A stretch of 64,000 bases of DNA, taken from the NCBI RefSeq assembly GCF_963515715.1, contig NZ_CAUPZS010000013.1, positions 4,560 to 68,559 of the forward strand. The letters are read 5' to 3'. The notes under the pieces were generated by a model. The model had not been told where the DNA came from. It saw nothing but the letters and a program-made list of their open reading frames with translations, and did not search any database. Shown in pieces: positions 19,720 through 30,391 of this stretch. Origin of the DNA: an uncultured Clostridium sp. GTDB taxonomy: Bacteria; Bacillota; Clostridia; Clostridiales; Clostridiaceae. How positions within the stretch are numbered: the first letter of the stretch is position 1; every line of letters starts with the position of its first letter. A program made the position numbers and the translations under genes.

Positions 19720-20439
19720 CTAATGCGACCCTAAGTAGGCTTCTATAAGTTTTTTATCCTTAATCAAGTCACTTGCTTTCCCAGATATATTTATTTCTCC
19801 TACTTCTAGCACATAGGCATAATCTGCTATCTTTAAAGTTTGAAGGGCATTTTGCTCAATGATAAGTACTGTAGTGCCTTCTTCATTTATTTCCTTTACT
19901 ATTTTAAATATATCTCTAACAATCAAAGGGGCTAATCCTAGGGACGGTTCGTCTAGCAAAAGAAGCTTAGGACTACTCATAAGGGCCCTACCTATAGCTA
20001 ACATCTGTTGTTCCCCTCCACTTAAAGTACCTGCTATTTGCTTTTCTCTTTCCTTAAGCCTTGGAAAATATCTATAAACCCTATCTAAGTTTTTCTTTAA
20101 TTGCTCTTTGTTTTTTAATGTAAAAGCTCCTGTTCTCAAATTATCTACCACTGAAATTTCCGGGAAGATCTGCCTCCCTTCTGGTGATTGCATAATACCT
20201 AGTGAAGTAATCTTTTCTGCAGACATTTTAGTAATATCTCTATCAAAAAATTTTATCCTTCCACATCCTGCTCCTACAATGCCAGAGATAGCTTTTAATG
20301 TAGTAGTTTTTCCTGCTCCATTGGCTCCTAATAATGCTACAATCTTTCCTTTAGGAACTTTTATATTTATTCCTTTTAAAGCTTGTATGCTTCCATAGGA
20401 AACCTTAAGTTCTTCAATACTTAATGCTATCTCGCTCAT
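19720..20439 (-). CDS. livF: LivF-type ABC ATP-binding protein
   Basis: GANGAGKT, PEGRQIF, LSGGEQQMLAIGRALM, DEPSLGLAP. Confidence 0.85.
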   Translation of the reverse strand: MSEIALSIEELKVSYGSIQALKGINIKVPKGKIVALLGANGAGKTTTLKAISGIVGAGCGRIKFFDRDITKMSAEKITSLGIMQSPEGRQIFPEISVVDNLRTGAFTLKNKEQLKKNLDRVYRYFPRLKEREKQIAGTLSGGEQQMLAIGRALMSSPKLLLLDEPSLGLAPLIVRDIFKIVKEINEEGTTVLIIEQNALQTLKIADYAYVLEVGEINISGKASDLIKDKKLIEAYLGSH

Positions 20440-20440
20440 G

Positions 20441-21229
20441 TCACTCCTCCTTTCCTAAATATGCTTCTTGTACTTCTTTATTATCTTGAATTTCTTTAGG
20501 GGTTCCTTCTGCTAATTTTTTGCCGAAAGAAATTGCACATATTCGATCACAAATATCCATTACCAATCTCATATCATGTTCGACTAATAAAATATTGCAG
20601 TTGTATTCACTCCTAATAGTTCTGATTAGCTTTGCTAGTTCTAAGGTTTCTACTTCATTAAGTCCCGCTGCAGGCTCATCGAGGATTATTATTCTTGGGT
20701 CGCTCATTAGTGTCCTTCCTAATTCAATTTTTTTTAATACTCCGTAAGGTTGACCACTTGTCAGTTCATGTTTTTTATCTTCTAACTTGAGAAACTTCAA
20801 CACTCCAAGAGCTTTTTCTCTAAGTTTTTCTTCTTCTTTTCTTGCTTTTTTTAATCTTAGTGATTGAGAAAAAATACCGGTCTTAAATTGTACATGAGCA
20901 CCTACTAATAAGTTGTCTAATAATGATAGCTCACTTATAAGCTCTACATTTTGGAAGGTTCTAACCAAGCCAAGTTTTATGATATTATGAGTTTTTTCTC
21001 CTACTAAATCTACTATAGAGCCATCTTCTTTTGTAAAAAGAACACTGCCACTATCCGGCTTATAAAACTGAGTTATGCAATTAAATACTGTGGTTTTTCC
21101 TGCTCCATTAGGTCCAATAAGTCCATATATTTCACCTTCATTTATTGAAAAACTAAGATTATCTACTGCTTTTAGTCCTAGGAAAGCTATTGATAGATTT
21201 TCTACTTTAAGCATTTGAGCTTTGTTCAT
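20441..21229 (-). CDS. livG: LivG-type ABC ATP-binding protein
   Basis: GPNGAGKT, RTFQN, LDEPAAGLN, VEHDM, VQEAYLG. Confidence 0.85.
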   Translation of the reverse strand: MNKAQMLKVENLSIAFLGLKAVDNLSFSINEGEIYGLIGPNGAGKTTVFNCITQFYKPDSGSVLFTKEDGSIVDLVGEKTHNIIKLGLVRTFQNVELISELSLLDNLLVGAHVQFKTGIFSQSLRLKKARKEEEKLREKALGVLKFLKLEDKKHELTSGQPYGVLKKIELGRTLMSDPRIIILDEPAAGLNEVETLELAKLIRTIRSEYNCNILLVEHDMRLVMDICDRICAISFGKKLAEGTPKEIQDNKEVQEAYLGKEE

Positions 21230-22220
21230 TTACTATCACCTTTTCCTTTTTAAAGTATTTTTTTATATCATTGAAAATAAATATTAAGCCATTTGGATAG
21301 AATAGAATAACCACAATTATTAATACTCCTGTAAATATAAAAGATAATCCATCTGTACTTCCTATTAAGGGAAGTCTTTTAAGTAGTAGTTCTGGCACTC
21401 CAAATACCACAAAAGATCCTACTATGGGTCCACTTATGGTTCTCATACCTCCAATTACTATTACCGCTAAAATTTGAAGGGATAAGGTCAATGTCCAAGT
21501 TGATGGATAGGCAAATTTGATAAAATGGACATAAAGCGCTCCTCCAAGTCCTGCATATACTGTTGCCACTCCAAAGGCTATAAGTTTGTATTTTAAAAGG
21601 TTTATTCCCATGGCTTGAGCTGCAGCCTCGCTTCCTCTCATGGTAAGTAGCGCTCTACCAATTGCCCCATGGATGAAGTTATGAGTAAGTATCATAACTA
21701 TGACTAAAGTAACTACAAGTAGCACAAAGGTACTCCCTCTATCCAACTTAATCGCTCCAAATAATACTGGATAGCTTGCATTTTTTCCTGAGAAACCACC
21801 TGTAATAACTTCATACTCTACAAATACTTTTCTAAAAATTTCTGATACTCCAAGGGTAGCTATTGCTAAATAATACCCTTCTAATCTTAATGACGCAGCC
21901 CCAATTAAAAGTCCAATAATAAGGGGTATTACCATGGATATTATAAGAGAAACTATAAAGGGTAATTTCAAATCGCTGGTTAGATAAGCGGATGTATATG
22001 CGCCCAATCCCATGAAGCCCGCAGTTCCAAGAGAAATAAGCCCAGAATAACCTAACAATACATTCAGCCCTATTCCAACAATGGCATAAAACAATATAGT
22101 CCCAAAAATTGTAACGGTAGCACTATTTAAAATTCCTTGGGATTGTAGTAATGGTATTAAACATAATATAATTCCAAAGGATATATACTTTATATAAATA
22201 TTTTGAAACAATTTTTTCAT
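21207..22220 (-). CDS. livM: LivM-type ABC permease (probable start 22220)
   Basis: GLNVLLGYSGLISLG, LRLEGYYLAIATLG, VIGGM. Confidence 0.85.
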   Translation of the reverse strand: MKKLFQNIYIKYISFGIILCLIPLLQSQGILNSATVTIFGTILFYAIVGIGLNVLLGYSGLISLGTAGFMGLGAYTSAYLTSDLKLPFIVSLIISMVIPLIIGLLIGAASLRLEGYYLAIATLGVSEIFRKVFVEYEVITGGFSGKNASYPVLFGAIKLDRGSTFVLLVVTLVIVMILTHNFIHGAIGRALLTMRGSEAAAQAMGINLLKYKLIAFGVATVYAGLGGALYVHFIKFAYPSTWTLTLSLQILAVIVIGGMRTISGPIVGSFVVFGVPELLLKRLPLIGSTDGLSFIFTGVLIIVVILFYPNGLIFIFNDIKKYFKKEKVIVNEQSSNA

Positions 22221-22239
22221 AGCAGTCTTATTCTCCTCT

Positions 22240-23115
22240 CTACACCTTTTTAACCACTTTTTTGCCAATGATTCCATTTGGTCTAAGTACTATAAAGATA
22301 AGAATTAATGTATATACAATGGCATCTCCCCAGGTTGATGAAACATAAAACAGTAAAATATTTCTGCTTAAACCAATAATGTAAGCTCCTAAAACTGGGC
22401 CATAAAAAGTGGAGAATCCTCCTAATATACAAGCTATGAGAGCGTTTATTTGAACATTATCCATCATAGAAACATTTACCGTAATAGCTGGTGCTAACAT
22501 TAATGCTGACAGTGTACCAAGTGATGCCGCTATTGCCCAAGCTACCATAGTTACGGTTTTAGTAGGTACTCCCATAAGTCTAGCAGTTTGCTCATTAGAG
22601 GATGTAACCCTTACTGCAAGGCCAAATTTTGTTCTTTGTAGTAGATAAAATAGTCGTAGCATGACAACTATTCCTGTAGTGATATTCAGCAATGCATTAT
22701 AGGTAATAGAAGCCCTTCCTATATTTAATGCTCCTGACTCTATAAACCTTGGGAAAAATAATGGCATTGAACCAAATATCATAGGTGCAACTCCTAAAAA
22801 TAACATAATAAGTCCAAAAGTTATAATTTGCTTTGCTACTGGTGAGCTTTTGTTTGCTCTCCTTATTACTACAACGTCCACTAAGATACCGGTTATAATA
22901 GCAAATATCATACCTACAATGGCAGCTACCCAAGCAGAACAATTGAATTTCATTAAAAATACTGTAGCAATAAAGGCGTTAAACATTCCAATAGACCCTT
23001 GAGCAAAGTTAGTCATCCTACTTGTCCTAAATATAATAATGATACCCAAAGCTGCCAATGCATAAACGCTTCCTGTCTCTAAGCTGCTAAATAATAATTG
23101 TAAAAAAATATCCAT
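22240..23115 (-). CDS. livH: LivH-type ABC permease
   Basis: GSVYALAALG, NFAQG, RTKFGLAVR, ILGGF, RPNG. Confidence 0.85.
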   Translation of the reverse strand: MDIFLQLLFSSLETGSVYALAALGIIIIFRTSRMTNFAQGSIGMFNAFIATVFLMKFNCSAWVAAIVGMIFAIITGILVDVVVIRRANKSSPVAKQIITFGLIMLFLGVAPMIFGSMPLFFPRFIESGALNIGRASITYNALLNITTGIVVMLRLFYLLQRTKFGLAVRVTSSNEQTARLMGVPTKTVTMVAWAIAASLGTLSALMLAPAITVNVSMMDNVQINALIACILGGFSTFYGPVLGAYIIGLSRNILLFYVSSTWGDAIVYTLILIFIVLRPNGIIGKKVVKKV

Positions 23116-23295
23116 CTACCCTCTCTCCCCCTTCATGTAACAAATTGCTACAATGTCATTAATATTTACATACTTTTACCATGGTCATTTAAGCATCCTC
23201 TATGTTTTAGTTACTAATTCAACTATTTATTACTATTCCAATTATTGGTAATAATTTCATTGTACAATCGTCTATTTTCCTTACACTATATTACC

Positions 23296-23311
23296 AGCAA
23301 GTACCATGCCA
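23296..23311 (-). promoter_or_regulatory. Sigma54 (-24/-12) promoter for the ABC importer operon
   Basis: Minus strand TGGCATGGTACTTGCT. Confidence 0.8.
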
Positions 23312-23457
23312 AAAGCATAAGTCTCTTTGCTATTAATTTTTTAGTTCAATTGAAAATTAAAATTCCTAGAAATATATTAGGAATCCTGCATTAGCAGAAT
23401 TCCCTCCTATAAGCCCTTAACCCTCTATTCAATTATCAACCCCTAATTAAATAAAAA

Positions 23458-24351
23458 CTACTTAATAAAGCTATTAATTTTTTCGCAAAGTTCATCCAAA
23501 GAATCCACAAAAGGAGAATGTCCACAATCTTTTAGAAGAATCATTTCAGAATTTTTTATATGTTTCTTTATGTCCTCTGCCATGGTGTGAGGAACTACAT
23601 AATCTCTATCCCCTTGAAATATAAGGGTAGGTGCCTCTATTCTCTTCGCTGCTCCATCACCTTTTGAAATTCCATTAAATTCTTCAGTTATATTAAAGTG
23701 AATGAGGGAATAGTCCACATCTACTAAATTTCTTTGAGTAAGCATATCCTCTAAATATTCTTCATATCTATCATCCTCAGGTTTATTATGAGTGTATATC
23801 GCATGATTCCATAATGCTCTATAAAATTCTTTATCTCTATTTTCTATAGCTTTTAAAACTGGAGCTACTTGTACAGAATCCTGTTCTATTTCTTCCTTAG
23901 TTTTTAAAAAATCCCCTATTATAGATTTTCCTTCTTCATTCTTTCTAAAGATTGGATAACCCTTAACCCCTACAGATTCAACTAAAACAAGCTCCTTTAC
24001 CTTATCACCATGATCCGCAGCTAAATACATAGCCACTCCTCCACCAGTAGACCAACCTATGACTATGGCATTAGTTACTCCAATCTTCTCGCAAAAATCA
24101 TTCACATCTTCACTAAAATCCCTTAAGGAATTTACTCTATTATTATAGCTAGAAGCTCCAAATCCCCTTAAATCTACTGCGTAAATCTTGTACTTAGGAG
24201 TAAGTTTATCCATTAATAAATCCCAGTGTTTAGAAGAAGTCATGTTCCCATGAATCAATAAAATTGTTTCATTTCCACAGCCTGCTTCTCTATACCCAAT
24301 AACCTCTCCATTGCTAATTTTAATTGTCTTAATATCATACTGTTGTATCAT
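23458..24351 (-). CDS. Alpha/beta hydrolase resembling Bacillus intracellular PHB depolymerase PhaZ (probable start 24351)
   Basis: NGEVIGYRE, HGNMTSSKHWD, GWSTGG lipase box, YLEDMLTQRNL, CGHSP. Confidence 0.72.
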   Translation of the reverse strand: MIQQYDIKTIKISNGEVIGYREAGCGNETILLIHGNMTSSKHWDLLMDKLTPKYKIYAVDLRGFGASSYNNRVNSLRDFSEDVNDFCEKIGVTNAIVIGWSTGGGVAMYLAADHGDKVKELVLVESVGVKGYPIFRKNEEGKSIIGDFLKTKEEIEQDSVQVAPVLKAIENRDKEFYRALWNHAIYTHNKPEDDRYEEYLEDMLTQRNLVDVDYSLIHFNITEEFNGISKGDGAAKRIEAPTLIFQGDRDYVVPHTMAEDIKKHIKNSEMILLKDCGHSPFVDSLDELCEKINSFIK

Positions 24352-24628
24352 TTTATTACACCCCTTCAATTAATAAATAAATTAATTTTTCAAAATATTT
24401 CTATTTATAGTATTTTCTATGTAAGATGCCATTTTACCTTGTGGAAAGTAAAAAAACTATGTGCATTGAAAAACTCAATAACACATAGTTAGTTGCTTTA
24501 TTAATGTTTAATAATATTTTTAAGCTTTAAACTATTACATTATTTTTACAATTTTGATATAATTTATTTAAAAAGAGGTATATGTTTGAAACTATAGAGC
24601 TTATCTGTTGGATATAGGGAGGGATTAT

Positions 24629-24992
24629 ATGTCTAAAAATATACTTAGATATATAAAGATATTAACCTTATTATTAACGATAAATATGATTATATGTTTA
24701 ATAATTTGGATTATAAGAAATGATATGTCTTTTGAAAGCTTAAGCAATATATTTTTTTATTCTTCAGGAGTATTTGCGATTGTTACTTATTTATCTTCAA
24801 AAGGTAATTTAAACCTTGGTATTTCTGATAGATATTATTCATATATTGCATCAGTAAAGAAAAATAAAGAAGAAAGAAGATAGTATAAAAAATTATATGG
24901 AACTACAGGATAAAGCCATGAATTTTTCAATAATATTAGGTCTGGTTACTGCCATTAACATTGCTATAAGTTTATTAATATTAAAATTTTAA
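24629..24992 (+). pseudogene. Small membrane protein gene with apparent frameshift near 24870
   Basis: ORF stops at 24883, but another frame continues KKEDSIKNYMELQDKAMNFSIILGLVTAINIAISLLILKF* to 24992, immediately before a terminator. Confidence 0.55.
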
Positions 24993-25022
24993 AACAGGAA
25001 ACTAAGAAAAGTTTCCTGTTTT
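24992..25022. terminator. Bidirectional terminator
   Basis: AAACAGGAAACT...AGTTTCCTGTTT(T). Confidence 0.7.
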
Positions 25023-25139
25023 TTATCTATCATAGAAAATTATTTTCATCTATTAAATTTGTTATAATGCTGATATCTTAACATTTAATAAAGGTAACTA
25101 TTGATATACAATAAAAAATTCTTATTATACTCATAATTT

Positions 25140-26576
25140 TTAACTGGTAACCCCAGCTACATTTTGCATTTCCATAAGCTCTACCTTATTGTCTCCAGCC
25201 ATCATAATAATATCACCAGCTTCAATTATAGTAGCACCACGAGGAGTAATTAGTTTTCCCCTTCGTCTAATCATCACTATCAATATATCCATAGGTATAT
25301 CCAAATCCATTATAGCCTTTCCTACCATTTCGCTGTCCTCTGGAACTATTACCTCCAGGAGTTCTGCGTGAAGCTCTCCTGAATAATCAGTAAAGGTCTT
25401 AAGTACTGTTTCTTCCTCTGCTACCAAGTCAAGTTTTTTGGCGATAGGAATAAAAAGAGTTCCTTGAACTATAACGGACACTAATGCTATAAAAAACACG
25501 ATATTAAATATTTCATCTGCAACAGGCAACCCTGCTGTTAAAGGGTATGTTGCAAAAACAATGGCCGCAGCACCACGGAATCCAACCCATGACACAAGCA
25601 ACTGCTCTTTAACAGGTTTTTTGAACAAAGTCAAAATAATGAATATAGCCACTGGACGCGCAACAAAAATAATAAAAAGTGCAACTGCCATTCCTTTTGT
25701 TGCTACACTAGGTAGTCTTGATGGGAAAGATAGCAATCCCAAAGTGAAAAATAGAAGAATTTGCATGAGCCAAGATAGACCATCAAAATAGCGAACCAAG
25801 CTTACCTTATGAACAAGCCTACTGTTTCCTAGTATGAGACCTGTAATATAGACAGCTAAGAATCCATTCCCTGAAAGCAATCCAGCACCAGAATAAGATA
25901 ACAATGCAGTACTAATGACGATGATGGAATAAAGACCATCAATATCAAGATTTATATTATTGATAAGCCATACTGAAAGCTTACCTACAATTGCACCCCC
26001 TAGTACTCCTATTGCAATTTGTGTTAGTAAAAGTATCACTATATTTTGCCCTTCACCTAATATTAATCCAAGAAAAACAGTTGTTAGCATATATGCTATT
26101 GGGTCATTAGATCCGCTCTCCATCTCAAGCATAGGAGCTAAACCATTTTTAAGATTAAGTTGTTTCGATCGAAGTATAGAAAACACCGAGGCCGCATCTG
26201 TAGAGGATACAATGGAACCTAATAACATCCCTTCAAGAAATGTAAAACCAAGTGCAAAATGAGCAAAAACTCCTATCAAAAAAGCTGTGAGTACTACTCC
26301 AAGGGTCGCAAGGACACCAGCTGCCAAAGCGACAGGCTTGGCTGTTTTCCAGCTTGTACCGAAGCCACCTGAAAACATAATAAATATAAGTCCAACATTA
26401 CATAAATTTTCAGCAAGACCTGGATTATTAAAATAAATACCTCCTGGTCCATCTGAACCCATAAGCATGCCCATAGCAAGAAATATAACCAAGGTAGGTA
26501 TACCATACTTATATAAAACCTTGCTAGAAGTTGCGCATATGAGTAAGATTATTCCCGCAATAAATAATACATTCAT
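25140..26576 (-). CDS. K+/H+ antiporter (NhaP2/CvrA type) with C-terminal TrkA-C domain
   Basis: GSDGPGGI, SSTDAASVFSILR, EMESGSNDP, WVGFRGA; C-terminal RRRGKLITPRG. Confidence 0.9.
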   Translation of the reverse strand: MNVLFIAGIILLICATSSKVLYKYGIPTLVIFLAMGMLMGSDGPGGIYFNNPGLAENLCNVGLIFIMFSGGFGTSWKTAKPVALAAGVLATLGVVLTAFLIGVFAHFALGFTFLEGMLLGSIVSSTDAASVFSILRSKQLNLKNGLAPMLEMESGSNDPIAYMLTTVFLGLILGEGQNIVILLLTQIAIGVLGGAIVGKLSVWLINNINLDIDGLYSIIVISTALLSYSGAGLLSGNGFLAVYITGLILGNSRLVHKVSLVRYFDGLSWLMQILLFFTLGLLSFPSRLPSVATKGMAVALFIIFVARPVAIFIILTLFKKPVKEQLLVSWVGFRGAAAIVFATYPLTAGLPVADEIFNIVFFIALVSVIVQGTLFIPIAKKLDLVAEEETVLKTFTDYSGELHAELLEVIVPEDSEMVGKAIMDLDIPMDILIVMIRRRGKLITPRGATIIEAGDIIMMAGDNKVELMEMQNVAGVTS

Positions 26577-26767
26577 CTAATACCTCCCTTTTCATCTTAA
26601 ATTCTATACTTTATTCTACCAACTTATAAAGATAAAAACTAGACTTTATCTCCTTTGCTTACAATATATTTTGATTAATTTTACAATTTAGACACAATTA
26701 GGTCATAAGTTATTACATACATGTAAATTTATGATAATATTATATTATTGTGAAAGGAGTAGGTTCT

Positions 26768-27160
26768 ATGCGTATTGAAAGAAATGCTAAAATTGATGTA
26801 AATGAATTAAACAATTTATTAAAAACTATAGGATGGGGATTAAATTCACCTAAGAAGTTAGAAGAATCATTAGGATTATCCTGGGGATGGATTACTGTAA
26901 GAGATGATTTAAATAGACTTATAGGATTTGTTCAGATACTTTCTGATGGTATTAAACATGCTTACATATTGAGGTTGCTCGTACATAAAGACTATCAAGG
27001 AAAAGGAATTGGTACAAAAATAATGGAGAATTTAATGGAACTTCTTGAGGAAAATAATTTAAGTCCTGTTTTGTTAACAAAGCCCTCTGAAGAATCATTT
27101 TATTCTAAATTTGGATTATCAAGAAGTAACAAGGGATTTATTTCTTTATTTAAATGGTAG
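26768..27160 (+). CDS. GNAT family N-acetyltransferase
   Basis: LVHKDYQGKGIGTKI acetyl-CoA binding motif; FYSKFG. Confidence 0.85.
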   Translation: MRIERNAKIDVNELNNLLKTIGWGLNSPKKLEESLGLSWGWITVRDDLNRLIGFVQILSDGIKHAYILRLLVHKDYQGKGIGTKIMENLMELLEENNLSPVLLTKPSEESFYSKFGLSRSNKGFISLFKW

Positions 27161-27230
27161 TATGATATTGATATAGATAAAAATAGATTCTATGGTATAT
27201 AATTAATACAAAAACTAAAGGTGGGTCTAG

Positions 27231-27968
27231 ATGAGAAATTTAAAAATGACTATAGAATATGATGGAACTAGATACAAAGGGTGGCAAAAACAAATTAAAG
27301 ATGTTTCAACTGTGCAAGATAAAATAGAAACTGTTTTATCTAAAATGACAGGAGAAGACATTCAGGTGATAGGTTGTGGAAGAACGGATTCTGGTGTACA
27401 CGCTGAAAATTATACAGCAAACTTTCATACTAATTCTAATCTCAGTATAGAGGATATGTTAAATTATTTATATACATTTTTACCTGAAGATATACTAGTA
27501 AAATCTATGAAAGATACTAGCGAAAGATTTCATGCAAGGTATAATGTAAAATCAAAAACCTATGTATATAGGATAAATAACAATAAATTCAGAAGTGTAT
27601 TTAACAAAAAATATTATTATCACATTAATGAAAAACTTAATTTAAGCGCAATGAGACAAGGAGCAAAGTTTTTAATTGGAACTCATGATTTTCAAGGCTT
27701 TACTAGATTAAAATCCAAGGATAAATCAACTATTAGGACTATCAATTACATAAATATAACTGAAAATTGTGGTATGATAGAAATGGAGATTAACGGAAAT
27801 GGTTTTTTATTAAACATGGTTAGAATCATTGCTGGAACTCTCCTAGAAGTGGGTAAGGAGAACATTAAACCAGCGGATGTAGAAAGAATATTAAATGAAA
27901 AGAAGAGAGCAGATACTAAATTAATTCTTGAAGCAAAAGGATTATGCTTAAGAGATGTTCATTATTAA
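27231..27968 (+). CDS. truA: tRNA pseudouridine(38-40) synthase
   Basis: YDGTRYKGWQ, GRTDSGVHA, FHARY, GTHDF, FLLNMVRII. Confidence 0.93.
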   Translation: MRNLKMTIEYDGTRYKGWQKQIKDVSTVQDKIETVLSKMTGEDIQVIGCGRTDSGVHAENYTANFHTNSNLSIEDMLNYLYTFLPEDILVKSMKDTSERFHARYNVKSKTYVYRINNNKFRSVFNKKYYYHINEKLNLSAMRQGAKFLIGTHDFQGFTRLKSKDKSTIRTINYINITENCGMIEMEINGNGFLLNMVRIIAGTLLEVGKENIKPADVERILNEKKRADTKLILEAKGLCLRDVHY

Positions 27969-28007
27969 TAGTTTTATCACTCTAATAATAAAAATTCAAA
28001 TAAGAAA

Positions 28008-28037
28008 CGTACATAGATTTATATAGATCTATGTACG
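28008..28037. terminator. Bidirectional terminator between truA and rtcB
   Basis: CGTACATAGAT...ATCTATGTACG. Confidence 0.65.
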
Positions 28038-28072
28038 CCCTATTATCCTCTTTAAATACTGTTAATTCAATT

Positions 28073-29167
28073 TTATTCCGCGGCCTTAAAGTTATATATC
28101 GGCGTTATCTTATGAACTATTTCCACGGTATCTTTGATGTTATTTATTATTTCATCTATAGACTTATAAGCTAATGGACATTCGTCGATGGTTTCTTTCT
28201 TCACGGATGTTGTAAAAATCCCTTCCATAGTCTTTTTATATTGATTCAATGTAAATGAATTCTTTGCTTGAGTTCTGCTCATGATTCTACCAGCACCGTG
28301 TGGAGCTGAAAAATTCCAATTTTCATTTCCTTTTCCAATACAAATAAGGCTACCATCTCGCATATTTATTGGTATTAAAAGCTTTTCTCCTTTTTGAGCT
28401 GAAACTGCACCTTTTCTTAAAATCATATTTTCTATATCAATATAATTATGAATAGTTGTAAATTCCTCTGCCACATTGAGCTTCATGCCTTTAATTATTT
28501 CATTAATCATAGCCTTACGGTTTATTTCTGCAAAACGTTGAACAATTTTCATATCATGAATATAATCTTTAAAAAGTTCTCCTGATGCATAGGCTAACTC
28601 TTTGTTGTCGCTGTTAAGAGATTTAAAGGCTTCCTTTTGATAAAGACTTGCAACTTCATGTCCTAAATGTCGGCTTCCCGAGTGAATAACTAAGTATAGA
28701 TTTCCTTCACTATCTTTATTGGCTTCTATAAAGTGATTGCCTCCACCCAAGGTTCCAATACTTTTTCTTGCTCTAATAAGGTTTACTTCCTTTCTACACT
28801 TGAGCTCATCTAAATCAATTTCATCATTAAATTTATGTTCCTTATCCCTTATTTTAAAACCACTAGGAATTTTTTCATAAATTAGCTTATCAAGTTTTTG
28901 AAGCTCCATGCGGCGGTTCTCAAGCTTTATAACTTCCATTCCGCATCCAATATCAACCCCAACAAGATTAGGGACTACTTTATCCTCAATGGTCATTGTC
29001 GTTCCTATTGTACAACCCATTCCACAATGTACATCAGGCATTATTCTTATTTTACTTTCCTTTACAAACTCTTGATTGCATAAAGTTTCAATCTGCTTAA
29101 TTGCAGCTTCTTCAATATTATTTGTGTAAACAATTGCTTTATTATATTTGCCAGTTACCTCAGTCAC
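28073..29167 (-). CDS. rtcB: RtcB family RNA ligase
   Basis: MPDVH, VGVDIGCG, GTLGGGNHFIE, IHSGSR, HNY, RKGA, PHGAGR..SR, DECPLAYK. Confidence 0.92.
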   Translation of the reverse strand: MTEVTGKYNKAIVYTNNIEEAAIKQIETLCNQEFVKESKIRIMPDVHCGMGCTIGTTMTIEDKVVPNLVGVDIGCGMEVIKLENRRMELQKLDKLIYEKIPSGFKIRDKEHKFNDEIDLDELKCRKEVNLIRARKSIGTLGGGNHFIEANKDSEGNLYLVIHSGSRHLGHEVASLYQKEAFKSLNSDNKELAYASGELFKDYIHDMKIVQRFAEINRKAMINEIIKGMKLNVAEEFTTIHNYIDIENMILRKGAVSAQKGEKLLIPINMRDGSLICIGKGNENWNFSAPHGAGRIMSRTQAKNSFTLNQYKKTMEGIFTTSVKKETIDECPLAYKSIDEIINNIKDTVEIVHKITPIYNFKAAE

Positions 29168-29378
29168 GATACCCCTATCCTCCCATTAATATAATTAAAT
29201 GCTTTTCTATATTATATCTCATTTATCTCATATAAAAAATTTTATTATAATATAAATATTAAGGAGATGGTAATTTTTCTCCCATCTCCTTAATATTTGC
29301 ATATAATTTTAAATTAATCTTCAATTTAAGCTAATAAGTTTCTAATTTAAATCTATATTATTTTATTATTTATAAACT

Positions 29379-30029
29379 TTATTTAATTCCTAGAACTAAA
29401 TTAGCAATACCTTTAGAAAAAGCATCCATATCCTGTGGCATCCAAATCTTTTCTTTTATATCAAATTTAAATGTCTGTTCTTTTAAATCTGATGATGGTT
29501 GTACATTATTATATTCCTTTATTAAATTCTTTATATAAACATCTGTTAATTTGTTAAGAATTTCTTCCTGATTTGTAATGTTTAACTTTTCAACCTCTTG
29601 AACAGCATCTGTTGCTGCTTTTTCATCAATGGCAACTTCGTCGATATAATTTGCCTTTAGTTTGACATCTACAGATTCATTATTTTCAGAAACAATTTCT
29701 GTTTCTGCTGATAATTTCTTTAATGCTGACGCACGAGCTGTGTATATTTCATTTATTTGGTCATCACTAACTTTCAAACCTGCTACTATAAAATTATTTT
29801 TTAGCGTTTTCATAGTTTCATCTTTTTGTATTTTTGCAATCTCTGCTATTTGATCCTTAGATAACTTGATTTTCTCTAAAGACTCCTGATCTCCTTTGAT
29901 ATAAAAATCAAATAAAATTTTTGCTGTTTCATCAGCGGCTACTTTTGGTTTAGAACTACATCCTATTACCATAATTGAAATTACTAATAACATAAGTGAT
30001 AGAACTAGACTTTTTTTTCCTTTTTTCAT
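29379..30029 (-). CDS. Lipoprotein (DUF5105-like)
   Basis: Lipobox VIGC; ADETAKILFDFYIKGD; helical. Confidence 0.6.
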   Translation of the reverse strand: MKKGKKSLVLSLMLLVISIMVIGCSSKPKVAADETAKILFDFYIKGDQESLEKIKLSKDQIAEIAKIQKDETMKTLKNNFIVAGLKVSDDQINEIYTARASALKKLSAETEIVSENNESVDVKLKANYIDEVAIDEKAATDAVQEVEKLNITNQEEILNKLTDVYIKNLIKEYNNVQPSSDLKEQTFKFDIKEKIWMPQDMDAFSKGIANLVLGIK

Positions 30030-30177
30030 ATTTTCCCCCTAATATAATATATTTTCCAAGATAAATTTACCATATTTTTAGGCCTTTGTCAATTTTTTAT
30101 ATATTATATTTGATATAATTTTAAATACTATTAACATTTAAATTTGAATTTTATAATCTATTTACTAAATTTCTTTT

Positions 30178-30354
30178 TTATACGATGACTACGATCCTTA
30201 ATACTCCCCGGATGGTACGTCCCTGGATAAGTTCTTCCCCTAAAGGATAAGGATTTCTAAGAAGCAAAGCTTCTAAGAACTCTCTTAATAACCTTCAGTT
30301 GGAGTAAGTATTCCTTTTAAGCAAACTCCATCTGAAGCTAAGAATCACTTGATA
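30178..30354. repeat. Dispersed palindromic repeat, copy 1
   Basis: CGATGACTA..TAATACTCCC..GTCCCTGGATAA and TTCAGTTGGAGT..ACTCCATCTGA..AAGAATCACTTGAT shared with 46675-46860 and 62866-63112. Confidence 0.85.
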
Positions 30355-30391
30355 TCTAAATAATTTTTAATGAAATATTTCTCATTTTATA

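Noticed and set aside
18451..22942. Several short ORFs overlapping the Liv-type ABC genes
   Set aside because: Shadows of well-supported minus-strand genes
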